Positions 51,051 through 63,200 are shown, counted from the stretch's first letter. The stretch is 64,000 nt of DNA from Macrostomum lignano (GCA_002269645.1 NIVC01000126.1:1-64000); one strand, 5' to 3'. Program-made: numbers and translations. Notes: a model not told the origin generated them from the letters alone.

Positions 51051-51634
51051 CGCAAGTCGTTGCTAAGTACTTAAATACACGCATGTTATACACATGTATA
51101 CACAATCGCAGAACGATGTACAGAATAATACAAATCTAAGGGTAGTTTAGTACTTGTAGAGGCCTAGACTAAGCTGGTGTATAATAATTATTAAATAATA
51201 AAATTATACAAAAGTGCGTAGTTGCCCAACTCGGTTGGTGGTCTGGCAGCAGTAGAAGGAAGCAAAACATCGGCCTTGAAGAAGAAGAAAAGTCAAGCAA
51301 GCTAAGTAGAATCCATGGCGCGATAGACTCGGGCTATTCGCAGTATAATATGCATTGGCAATTTTTTTGATACTGCCGGAGTTGCGTTGCCGGAGAGGAG
51401 GGGCCAAGGGAGCAGCGAAATCTAATTAAAAATTTGCCTTATTTTGCGCGTCGGTCGCCCCCCCCCTAGCCACCAAAACTGGCGCTCAAGTGTGCGCGGA
51501 CTCGGGCGGAGAGGGGTTGAATGTAGCAAATTTATACATGCCTATATATACACAGATACTCGCATACATGCGGTATAATGCATGCAAGGTGAGAGTATTG
51601 TACTTGTAAAACGGGAGGTCATTGCGCTATGGAA

Positions 51635-52178
51635 GGGAAGAGAATAGAAGGGATTGCCAATCTAGCCAACATCACCAATAAAGGAATAGAATGGATTGCT
51701 AATCCAGCCAACATCACCAATAAAGGAATAGAATGGATTGCCAATCTAGCCAACATCACCAATAAAGGAATAGAATGGATTGCCAATCTAGCCAACATCA
51801 CCAATAAAGGAATAGAATGGATTGCTAATCCAGCCAACATCACCAATAAAGGAATAGAATGGATTTCCAATCTAGCCAACATCACCAATAAAGGAATAGA
51901 ATGGATTGCTAATCTAGCCAACATCACCAATGAAGGAATAGAATGGATTGCTAATCCAGCCAACATCTCAGAATGAAGGAACAGAGTGGATTGCTAATCC
52001 AGCCAACATCTCAGATTGAAGGAATAGAATGGATTGCTAATCCAGCCAACATCACCAATGAAGGAATGGAATGGATTGTTAATCTAGCCAGCATCACCAA
52101 TGAAGGAATGGAATGGATTGCTAATCTAGCCAACATCACCAATGAAGGAATAGAATGGATTGCTAATCTAGCCAACTT
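51635..52178 (+). repeat. 42-bp dispersed minisatellite family, copy 4
   Basis: AAGGAATAGAATGGATTGCTAATCTAGCCAACATCACCAATA, about 13 units, ~50 bp from the zinc-finger donor. Confidence 0.93.
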
Positions 52179-52226
52179 AGACTCGCACAGCTCACTAAAA
52201 CAGCTTTAAATTTGAACTCAGCTTAC

Positions 52227-55200
52227 CAGCATAAGAATCGTAAGCCGGCGCGTTGCTAGGCGAGGCAAACGAATCGTTGCCGCCTCCGCACCACATGCCG
52301 CCAGACGGCCTATAGGGTGAGTAGCCCTGCTGCTGCTGTTGCTGAGGCTGCTGAGGCCCGTAGGCGTAGCCGCCAGCGGTATTAGCGCCGGAATCCTTGC
52401 CAACCTGAGCCTGCTGTGGTGGGCCGCTGTCGTGACCGCTTGAATAGCCGGACGAATCGCTCCACACAGATGCGTCCAGATGCGATCGACCGCCAGGTGT
52501 CAGTTGACGCTGCTGTTGTTGCTGCTGTTGCTGCTGAACCGGCTGCTGCTGCTGCTGACCCTGGCCAAGCTGAACTCCGGCTGATTCTATGCTGCGAATA
52601 TCTTCTAGCACTTCGTCAAGAAAGTCTTTACTACTACCGCAGCCAGCGTCTGGAGTGGAGGCTTGACGCAACGGCAACAGCTGCTGAGTTACGCTGCTAA
52701 TTAAGTCGGGTACGTCAGGCGAACGCTGTTTCACCTCTAATTTGACGCAGTCGGACTGCGGCTGTAGAAAATCGATTAGATTCGATTCGCGCTCTAAATT
52801 GCTGATTATACCATCGATTTGAGTGTCCAGCTTCGGTTCAACCTCTGATTCGGTCGCGGCGGCTGCTGCTGCTGCCGCGGCGGCAGCCACTGCGGCAGCT
52901 TCTGCTCCGTCCAGCATTCCAGAGTCCTCTTCATCCTCCTCTTCCTCGTCTTCCATATCCTCCTCGGCAAAGTCTTCGTCGCCGTTAACTGGGAAACCAG
53001 ACGCTGTGGACATTGTTCTACGCCTGTTGGAATCGACACTGGCTTCCTCCATCACTGAGGCTGCAGCGGCCGCAGCCTCCAATTCTTCGCTATCTGGCAA
53101 TCTTTTCGACTTCAATCTTAGGCTATTATTATCGCAGTCGTCAAACCCGATGCCCATACCGTTGGCCAGTTGTTGCACTCGCTGCTGCATATGATGCAGC
53201 GGATGCTGAGATATTGGCAGCGGCAATGGCGGCTGCGGCTGCAACTGATGATGAAGTCCAATTGCCGGGGAAGGTTGCTGCTGCTGCTGCTGAGCAGGAT
53301 TGATGCAGCTAGCGGAGGCTGGACCGGGATAGCGCCCGCGCTTTCGTCTACCGTTCAGCATCGACGGCTGCTCCTGGCCAGGATGCAGCCTGGCGTGATG
53401 CTTCATCAGGCACACCTTCTGCCTGCACCTGTAGTTGCACAGGTCGCAGGCAAGCGGCTTTTCACCGGTGTGCTTGTACCGGTGAGTCTGCAGAGCGCCC
53501 TGACTCCGGAAAGCTTTCTCGCAGCCTGGCCACTGACAATGGAAAGTTGGCGGTTGCTGCTGCTGTTGTTGTTGTTGCGGCGACATCTGCACCGGACCCT
53601 GGCCGCTAACGCTGGCATCGCTGGTTCCAGCGCCCATGCCGTAAGCGTCGGAAAAGCTTGCGCCAGAATAGCCAACGTGCGACTCCATGTGACGCTTCAA
53701 ATGCGTTCGTTTGTGAAAGATATTGCCGCAGTCTGGCACTGGACAGTCGTATTTGCGCGGCTGCAATTTGTGAAATTCGTCTTTGTGATTTTTCAAATAT
53801 TTCGCCGTCCGAAAAGCTCGTTCGCAGTTGGGCATGTCACAAATGTACGGCTTGTTAGGATTGTGCGTGTCCAGGTGCTGCCGCATGCGGAGCTTCGTAT
53901 TGAATCGTTTGCCGCAGTGCTCGCAACGGTGGTTGCCCTCAGATGAGCGGGTGTACTCGCGCACGTGATGATGCTGAGTTGCCGGCTGCTGCTGCTGCTG
54001 CTGCTGCTGCTGAAAGAGACGCCCGCCACTGCCGCCTCCGTGCAATGAAGTCACGTGACGCTCCAAGTTAGATTTGAACGGGCTGGCAAAGTCGCAGTGA
54101 GGACAACGGTGCATCACGGGTCCTGGCAGTACTGAGCCAGATTGATGATTCTGCAACTGTTGCTGCATCAGATGATGCTGTCGTTGCCGGGGTGTTTCGA
54201 TGCCGTGCGCCGTTTTAGCGTGGGTTCGAAGCGAACTTTTATTAGCGTAAGTTTTTCCGCATATTTGACACAGAAACTTCATGGGCGGCTGCGGCGGCTG
54301 CTGCTGTTGTGGATGGTGCTGATGCGGAGGCTGCTGATGATGATGCTGCTGCATCTGCATCTGATGAGGCTGGGAAGCTGCAGGATGATGCGCATAGCCG
54401 AACATATGCTGCTGATGATGCGGATGCTGCTGCATTTGGCTAAAAGTGACGTTCGGTGGCGGAGTGGGCCGGTAGCCCTGAGCAGGATGGTGCAGATGGT
54501 GCTGATGATGCTGCTGCTGAGGGAGTGGAACTCCGTGAGGCAAATGTCCAAGCTGCTGTTGATGCTGGGAATCAGCTAACAGCAGGTGCCGACGCTGAAA
54601 GTACCTGGACGGATACTGTGGCTGGTATTGTTCAAGGTTGATGCTGTCAGTATTGGCCAGAATCGTGTCAAGGCCGCTCATCCCGTCATCGTCATCCAAT
54701 TCATCTTCTTCGACTTCTTCAGCGTCAAGCCGACCAGCAGCTGCATCTCCCTCATCATCTTCTTCGTCATTTTCGGCATCTTCTGCGTCATCGTCTTCTT
54801 CTTCATCGGCGTCTTCCTCATCGCTTGCTTGACGAATCGCTTCAGAGCCCAATGAAGTCTGCTCAGCAATTTTGCCAGCTTCATCATCGTCATCATCGGC
54901 GGCTTGCTCATCTTCATCATCTTGTTCAGCTTCATCAGCTTCTTTATTAGCATCATAATCAAGTTTAAGTCGCTCCTGTTTTACTGGCAACTCGATTGGT
55001 TGGACAGCTGCACTGTCTGCATTATTGTTAGGCTTGCTACTAACATCATCAAGCTGCTGGCTTCGTAATGCTTCATCTTCGATTTCGAAATCGTTAGCAG
55101 TTTTAACTAATTCAGTAGACGATTCCAATTTAACTACAACTTGATCGACGTCATTTGCTGCCGGAGCTCCATCGGATTCCTCCTTAACTACAGGCGGCGG

Positions 55201-55644
55201 CGCTGCCGCAGACTCCGTTGAGTCTTTCGGCGGTTGAGCTTGAGCCGCTAGCCTGGGACTAGCCGCTAGGGCAACAGTTTCCACGACAACGGCTAATGCA
55301 GTAGCTGCTTGCTTAGTAACGGAGGCTTTTGTTGAATCATCATCGGCCGACTGAGCTGGCTCGACATCCGAATCCAATTCGCCATCCTCTTTGTCGTCTT
55401 GATAATCATCTTCTACCGCTTCGAACTCAGGCTCAGACAGGGGTGCATCATCATAGTCGTCTGTTTTGAGCACTTTAGCCTCACTAGGCGAGCAAGTTCG
55501 GTCGTTAAAATTGTTTAACTCGGTTGCTTTAGCAAGAATTTCTTCGCAATTAGTTGGGGGCGAATCGCTGGTAAGCTTAGCGGGTTGTTTCATTGTAGTT
55601 TCAAGGCGTCGCCCAAGGGCCTCCAAGGGCTGCTTGCTCGACAT
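52227..55644 (-). CDS. C2H2 zinc-finger protein, main exon (acidic N-terminus, poly-Q, 7 fingers)
   Basis: 1149-aa ORF with seven C2H2 fingers (CQIC, CPHC, CEHC, CDMPNC, CPVPDC, CQWPGC, CDLC) and a TGEKP linker. HTGEKPLACDLCNYRCRQK resembles the ZFP91/ZNF692/ZNF653/ZNF276-type finger, by recollection only. Strong donor TAT GCT G|gtaagc at 52225-52226. Confidence 0.92.
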
Positions 55645-56449
55645 AAGCCGGTCATGAATATTGTAACCGGCCTATTATTAAACAAAACGACTCTGAGTGC
55701 GGCGCACACTGGATCGGGGGATTAAAAATCGATACAAGCCTAGAGCTGAGCATGCCTACCGACTCCGAGTTCGAGCTTCGAACCAGAAACGGGTAAAAAG
55801 AAATAGCAAGGAAAAGAAATGAGCGAAACTCTAAATAGAAATTTGTTTGAATTCTTTTAGCGTCAGGAAGACCAATTAAAAGCATTCTTAAATGGCGCCC
55901 GCCATTGAGGGAAAAATAACCTTTTCGAAACACCTCGAAACTCCTATTCATTCTGAATAGAAATTAAATTATTGATTGATTTTTAACACAAGATATCGCG
56001 CCACAAACAGTTTCTAATTGGTTCATATTCTAGTCTTTAAATGGTCTTGTCCTCTACTAATATACATTATATACATACATTACTAATGCTATTATAAATG
56101 CTCTTTGACCAACACATCGAGTTACTGGCAGACAAAACAAAAATGATTAAAAATCAAAAATAACCACAATATCAGGTTTTTTAGCTTTGAGACTTTGCTT
56201 TAAATGAGCTATTAATAAAACAGTTGTTTGGATAGTTTCTGGCTAATTAGTTATACCACATAGTATGGGGTCAAGGGGTTTGGAGTACCCACTCCAAGAA
56301 ATATTAGATATTAAACTATATATAGATCATTCATATCACTCATACAGATTAGATTGGTATAAAAACTTTTAAATTTTTACTTTTAATTAGAGAATGAAAA
56401 CTATATATATATTTCAAAACAAACATTTTAAATGTTTTCAGATCAAAAC

Positions 56450-56506
<57 letters not shown>
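56450..56506. repeat. (TA)n microsatellite
   Basis: About 27 TA units. Smaller microsatellites: (CAT)n ~25776-25800, (GA)n ~29003-29041, (TA)n ~43706-43733, (CT)n ~49439-49464. Confidence 0.95.
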
Positions 56507-56509
<3 letters not shown>

Positions 56510-56819
56510 ATTCAATTGAATGATATTATTTCTTAATTATTCAATTTATTATATTTCTGAATTTGAATTGTTTCATAGTTAGAGTTATAAGATTTATAGA
56601 TAGTATATCAATTTCCATAGCCTATTTGAACCTAGAAGTGTATTTATAACTGTTATATTTATAAATTCCAACAAAAAATATACCTTTGATTTACCAAATG
56701 GCCAATTTTTAGGATTCTAATGTTGCTTTGCATAGATTTTATTGAGTTGATATTGTATTTTAGCAATTCTTGCAATATCCTTTGGACTTATTTTAGCCAG
56801 TTTTATACCTGGTATTACA

Positions 56820-57400
56820 TGAGGAGTGTTGCAAAATTTTCAAGACTGTGTTTGCTATAGTAAATTTTTACTTACCTTTTCTGTCATGTTACATTTTATT
56901 CTGTCAGTTTTATCAAAAGTTACAACTACATATGTAGTAAAAGAGTCACTTGTAGACTTATAAGAAATCTATAAAAATCTGTAAACTGGGAAAACAGAGA
57001 TGCGTGGTTATTAGCAGCAATTTTTTTCTTGGTCACTCATCCTTAGATGGTGCAAAAACCTTCAAATAATTTCCACTCAATTTGACACACAAAACATCTG
57101 TTGGGGATGCTGTTGATGGCATCTGCATACAGCTGTTGAGGGATACATAGAGCAGAATTTGCCTATGGACTTAAGCAGATCAGCAACATTGGTCTTTCCT
57201 GCCTCAAACTGCTCAGCCCAGTTGTAAACTGTCAGGTTGCAACCATTAGTTGCTTATTGTGCTAGCTCCATGAATGTTGCATAAATTGGAAAAGATCTCA
57301 AAGCACTTCTTTCAAAGCTTCCAAAGTGTGAAAATTGCAGCACATTTTCCTTCTTTTGAGTTCAAATCCATGGTGATGCAGCCAAGATGGGCAATGTGCT
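56820..57400 (-). mobile_element. Degenerate mariner remnant (N-terminal part)
   Basis: Broken minus-strand translation MDLNSKEGKCAAIFTLWK...TVYNWAEQFEAGKTNVADL...LHHLRM...VVTFDKT, echoing the mariner HTH and the first catalytic Asp motif. TIR-like GAGGAGTGTTGCAAAATTTTCAAGACTG at ~56821. Confidence 0.5.
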
Positions 57401-58019
57401 CTTCAAACAGCAAGAAAAAGCAGTGAAATTTTCTTAAGAAGTCAAATATTGACATTAATAGTTGAACTTTTCAGCTAAGCTAAAGCCAGAGTTTTCCATA
57501 GACATATAATGGGATATTGTTTTATTTTATAAAAGATTAAATAAATTGCCTGCAAGAAGTAATATAAATAATTATGGTATGACATACAATATAGGAATTA
57601 TAAGTTCCTATAGTATGCTATGCTAGTACTAATATGCCATGAAATATTATTATGCCATTTCAAATCATTATGCTATGTCATGCTAACTGCTTCGCTAAAT
57701 GCATAACAAAGGGACATAGTTTATTTTGGAAAAAGACCATTATTGGCAAAGACTATTTTAGAAAAGTCATTATAGCTCAAATTATTTTTAATGGCTAATA
57801 TATACATCTTTATTGGAGCATTTGGAGCACTATATCCAGTTTAGTTTATATAGTTTTATTAATCAAAGTGATATTTTATAGCATTTTATTTTATAGCAAG
57901 GTCAAGTTTTGTCTTACGATCTCCAATAAAGAGTCAAAAAACACTCTAATATATCAAAAAATTATGTTTAACAATTATTGTACATTGTAATCACTTTTCA
58001 AATTATTTCAAATCATCAT

Positions 58020-58790
58020 TGCAATTTTTATTGAAATGTAGCATAGTCATAGAAACTTACGGAAGTATAGCTTATATTCACTTTTGTTCTATGATCATTT
58101 AAATGGTAAAATTAGGGGCCTATATTATATGTAGTTGATTATAAGACAAAATTAAAAGAGCTTGTAGGTTTTGAATTACAACCAATAGAAAAATTGTATT
58201 AAAAGGATCATATCACAAAATTGAATAGATGGTTCCAATTATTTTTATTTTACTAACATGAAGTCTAGTCTATATAAAATAGTCAAACGAGATATTTCTA
58301 TCAATTATTGACGTGCAGTTAAGAACAAAATTATGTGTTTTGATAGTAATTGCTTCTGCACCCCCTTAAGGCCTACTTTTGTCTTACAATCCTGCTCAAT
58401 ATAAAACATATATCTATTTTACTATAGGATTGTAAAACAAAAGTGAAAGGGGGCCGAAAGCAAGTGCATTAGTTAGGCCTATAAATGTCCAATTCTTGCT
58501 TCTATGGAATGTCCAAGATTTAGCCAAGACAAAATAGCAGGATTTCTATCAATTGATTAATAGGCCTATACTGATAATTTTCTAAAATTTTGAAATAGAA
58601 CCTACAATCCCTCTAATATAATTTTGTTGTTTGTGATTGTAATTCAAATCCAATAAGCTCTTTTGGTTCTGTCTTATCATCACCTATATATAAATTGACC
58701 ATTTAAATGATTTTATGAGAAAAGTGAATATAAGCTATATTCCTAACAAAACACAAGAGACAAGTTGAGTTGATGCTACAATGTCAATGA
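58020..58790. mobile_element. Degenerate fold-back / long inverted repeat element
   Basis: Arms ~58061-58220 and ~58590-58743 are reverse complements (GGAAGTATAGCTTATATTCACTTTT...ATCATTTAAATGGT...AAAAGAGCTT...TTTGAATTACAA). An inner pair CCCCCTT..ACTTTTGTCTTACAATCCT / AGGATTGTAAAACAAAAGTGAAAGGGGG is centred near 58400. Confidence 0.7.
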
Positions 58791-59190
58791 CAATAGGCCT
58801 ACTAAGCTTAGAAGTGGTCCTATTTTGAAGTTAGATTTTAAGAGTAATTTTAACTTATAATTTTGCTGTCTTCTAAGGGGGAATGTATATTGAAAGTCCT
58901 GACTCCCAAATGGATAGTGCTATGTAATTGCAAAATGAAAGAATGCTGTGGCATCTGCAATGTTGTGACATCTAGTTCATGGAACAGACTTTTGAGAGTG
59001 CAAGCTCAATCATGTATTTGTTTAGCGTGGTATTCCAAGCAAACAAGAATAAAAAGAGAGTCCATTCCCTGAAATAGCTGTCACAATCCCAACTCATATA
59101 TTCAGCGTGCAGCGAATAATTAGGCCTAACTTTTGCCACTGCTTTGTCTGGCGCAATTTGATAATGATGATATAGTGATTATGATAATTA

Positions 59191-61004
59191 TTAGGGTGAG
59201 CCAAAAGTTTCCGGAATTTTTTAGAATCAAACTTTTAGTTAATTTTTGTCTATGGAAAAGCTTAAAAGCAGCAACCATCTACTATGCTGTTGGCCAGCCT
59301 TATCATCACTCTTTAGCTTAACATCTCTCAGTTCCCAGACCCTGCCTACTTAAGCCAGCAAACGCATCCAATGGAACTGCCAAGACTGAATGGCGAGCAA
59401 TTCTGCTCAATCACTTTCATGCGGGACGCAATGCAGCAGAGGCACATCGCGAGTTGTTGCAGCTGATGGGCCCACATGCACCCTCCAAGTCGTCAGTGTA
59501 CGACTAGTTCTCTCGCTTTGCTGAGGAGAACTATGAGCTGAAGGACAAGCTGAGTTCAGGCCGACCCCCTGCTGCTGATGGCAATGCCGTTCTCCAAGCC
59601 CTTGGGGACAATCTGGACTACAGCGTGTGCAAGCTGCCAGCTGCTACTGGGGTGTCCTATGGCACAGTCCAGTGGAGCCTGCATGCTGCGGACAAGGTGC
59701 CGAAGAAGCCAACTCTGGTGCCCCATGAGCTGACACCTCAGCAGCTAAGAGCCAGGGGGATGTGGCGACTTCAAATCTTCACTAGGCCGGTTCGCCAAAC
59801 TTTCTCAAGTTGATAATCACTCAAGATAAGAAGTGGGTCTACTGTGAGAACCCAAGCACATCAGCCATCTGGGTTGATGCTTCTGAAGAACCACCCAGCT
59901 GCCATAGTCAGGAAGGTGTCCTATATGCTGGAAAATTCCAGCGTGCATTTACATTAGATAAATTTTGGCGTACATTATTGGCATGCAAATTTTGGTATGC
60001 CAAAATGATTGGCATACCTATTGGATAGCATCCTTGTACGCCGTACAAAGGGTTATTGTTCAAATTGCTTTGTTGTGTCGTGATAATACAATACTGAAAT
60101 ATGTGAAGTCAAAAAAATTGATATTAAAAATCTTTTTTAGTTATCTTACTTTTTTAAAATTTTATGCTCAAGGGGAAATTTATTTATAAAGTAAATTTGC
60201 AAATATAATCTAAAATCCCCGCGCTTTTAATTAGTACAATTTTTACTTTGTTTATTAACACTCATTATCCGCTACAGTTTAAAAAAAAATTAATCGTAAT
60301 TTTTTGGCGTACAATTTGGCGTACCTGTAGAGTTTGGAAAATTGAGTTCTGAAAGATCGGCATACATCAGCCTACACATGAAACCTTTCCTCGGCGTACA
60401 TTCCAGGGTATATGGGACACCTTCCTAACTATGGCCCAGCTGCCCAATGCGGAACCCCCACTGCAGCAAGGAGCTGCTCTCTTTCTGGTTTTGCTCGTCT
60501 GGCCCTGTTTTTTGGGAGGTCATCCCGCATGGCATGGCTGTGAACGCAGAGGTGATCTGCAGCAAACTGGAGCAGGTCGCCCATTTGCTGCAATTCGTGT
60601 GCCCGGGGCACCGCAACAAGATGCTCCTCTTCGACAATGTGCGGCCTCACAAAGCAAGACTCACCCAGGCCAAGCTGGCAAGCCTGGGCTTCAGTGTTTT
60701 GCCCCACCCACCATACTTGCTAGACCTCTTGCCATGCGACTACCATGTGTTCAGGTCTCTCCAGAGCTTTTGTGATGGACAGCGGTTTGCCAACAAGCAA
60801 CATGTGGAGCAGGCAGTGCAGAAATGGATTGATTCAAAGACTGCGAGCTTCTGGAGGGAGGGGATTGAGGCATTGCCAGCAAGATGGGAGAGGGTCAGGG
60901 CTTTGAATGGCAACTACATCACATCGCTGTAAACTGTTTGTTCTTGACACTATTTGTTATAGTTTTAAATTGTTCAAATTCTGGAAACTTTTGGCTCACC
61001 CTAA
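59191..61004 (+). mobile_element. Mariner (DD34D) DNA transposon, inactive, interrupted by a MITE
   Basis: 29-bp TIRs TTAGGGTGAGCCAAAAGTTTCC(G/A)GAATTT with TA TSDs (59189-90, 61005-06). Transposase remnants 59371-60932: HTH EWRAILLNHFHAGRNAAEAHREL...SSGRP with W->TAG at 59505, IITQDKKWVY, FDNVRPH...PCDYHVFRSL with 34 residues between the two Asp. Length is 1273 bp once the insert is removed. Confidence 0.95.
59902..60434. mobile_element. hAT-type MITE inserted in the mariner transposase
   Basis: Perfect 8-bp TSD CCCAGCTG (59894-59901, 60435-60442). TIRs CCATAGT(C/T)AGGAAGGTGTCC. Subterminal GGCGTAC/GGCATAC motifs; no coding capacity. Confidence 0.9.
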
Positions 61005-62419
61005 TACATCATATCATGCCAAAATCTAATAGCATTATTGTAACCTGAAGATTAAATCTAAAATGCAACTTGATTAGGCATAGTCATAAACTAAAATTTA
61101 ACCTCATCTAGTAGATTCTAGCCTACTACTAAATCCAAGCCCAAGGCGATAGACATATCTAATAATAATTATTGTAATAATTTAAATCAAAGGCTCGAAT
61201 TAAGTTTAAAATTAAAAATAACTAAGGCTAAAATCAAAGCGAGAACATATGGCAAGGACAAATATTTAAAATGTCAAGTAGTAGTACTAGTAGAGCCAGA
61301 GGCACACATCCACGGCTGATGGCCCGGGCCAAAGAGACTCGCGCAGGCGCGAAATTTTTATTTAATTATCGCTTTGAAGGAAGTTAAAAAAATATTCATT
61401 TTCATGACGAATGCTATAGCTAAACTTCAAAATGTAATAAAAACTATACTGTTACAGATTTTGTGTGTGTAAGTTATGTGTCAATTCTTAAAATTAACAA
61501 AATGTTGTGACTTTTGTTTTACCAATTCAAACGAATAAATTTACTGTTTCGAGGGAATCGGTAATTCACGGCCCGGCCCGTCCTGGGCGATCCCCCTAAT
61601 AGTATTTAGCCAATGTAAATCTATTTTAGTAAATAAGTAAAACAAAAAATACTGACCAGAATGCCGCATATTTTTAGAGTCAATTGTGAGTTTACTACGT
61701 TGTAAAATATTGATTGTCAATTTAATGAACTTCTGATGCTCTATTTTTTAAATTAAGTTAAAAACTAAAGTAACAACGCCGCGGCCCTGGGCCGGGCCAG
61801 GCCGCGAAACACCAACACCCGTTCTGAGGCTGCTTCTACGTTAATCTGAAGAAATCACCCTTTAAAATACTGAAATCAAATTTAATCTTTTGGTTTGTAG
61901 AGTAAAGAGCCATTGAAGTAGTAGAAACTGCTCCGTAGTCTGGTAGCTTTCTCGTATCTCACACTGAATTTTAAAAAGATAAGGCAAGTAGCCATTATTG
62001 CAAAGTGCGCTCTTGTTTTGATGCGCACAAAATCGAGTTGTTTCGGTTGAAGACATGGCTTAACTTATTGTGAAATTTGAGAACATTTATTGTAAAAGCA
62101 ACAGACAAAAAATCCAATTTTCCGTGCGCCAATGCTGTAGACTATAAATCGGTCTACGTTGAGAAAGAGAACTTAATGTACAATTGCAAAAACTTAATAT
62201 AATAGTAATGTACTTTTTAGCCATTACTGACTTTTGTGGAGCTCTGTCTTTGTGTAATTATTATTTCGTACTATTGATTGTATTGATCGTTTTTAGAATA
62301 TATTGTTGCTTGCAGTGAAATACATGTATATGAAGCTAGCTGTAACGGTCGTACTTATGCATGGAGAACAAATCTGGCCCTGTGAGTAAAATGTTACAGT
62401 TCCAGTACAGTTGTAATGT

Positions 62420-63200
62420 TACTCCCTACCTCCCTCCGCTCCCTACCTCCCTCCGCTCCCTACCTCCCTCCGCTCCCTACCTCCCTCCGCTCCCTACCTT
62501 CCTCCGCTCCCTACCTCCCTCCGCTCCCTACCTTCCTCCGCTCCCTACCTCCCTCCGCTCCCTACCTCCCTCCGCTCCCTACCTCCCTCCGCTCCCTACC
62601 TCCCTCCGCTCCCTACCTCCCTCCATTCCCTACCTCCCTCAGCTCCCTACCACTCCGCTCCCTACCACCCTTTGTTCCCTACCTCCCTCAGCTCCCTACC
62701 ACTCCGCTCCCTACCACCCTTTGTTCCCTACCTCCCTTTGTTCCCTACCTCCCTCCGCTCCCTCCATTCCCTACCTCCCTCAGCTCCCTACCACTCCGCT
62801 CCCTACCTCCCTTTGTTCCCTACCTCCCTTTGTTCCCTACCTCCCTCCGCTCCCTACCTCCCTCCGCTCCCTACCTCCCTCCGCTCCCTACCTCCCTCCG
62901 CTCCCTACCACTCCGCTCCCTACCTCCCTCCGCTCCCTACCTCCCTCCGCTCCCTACCTCCCTCCGCTCCCTACCACTCCGCTCCCTACCTCCCTCCGCT
63001 CCCTACCTCCCTCCGCTCCCTACCTCCCTCCGCTCCCAACCTCTCTCAGCTCCCAAACCTCCCTCCGCTCCCTACCTCCCTCCGCTCCCTCCATTCCCTA
63101 CCTCCCTCTGCTCCCTACCTCTCTCAGCTCCCAAACCTCCCTCAGCTCTCATACCTCCCTCAAGATCCCATACCTTCCTCACCTCCCATACCTCCCTCCA
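62420..63200 (+). repeat. 17-bp pyrimidine-rich minisatellite CTCCCTCCGCTCCCTAC
   Basis: About 45 units with variants. Confidence 0.95.

Noticed and set aside
59191-59196. TTAGGG telomere motif
   Set aside because: Single hexamer that is part of the mariner TIR; no telomeric array.
61290-61810. GC-rich GGCCCGGGCC motifs suggesting another TIR element
   Set aside because: The ends match only weakly and no TSD could be assigned.
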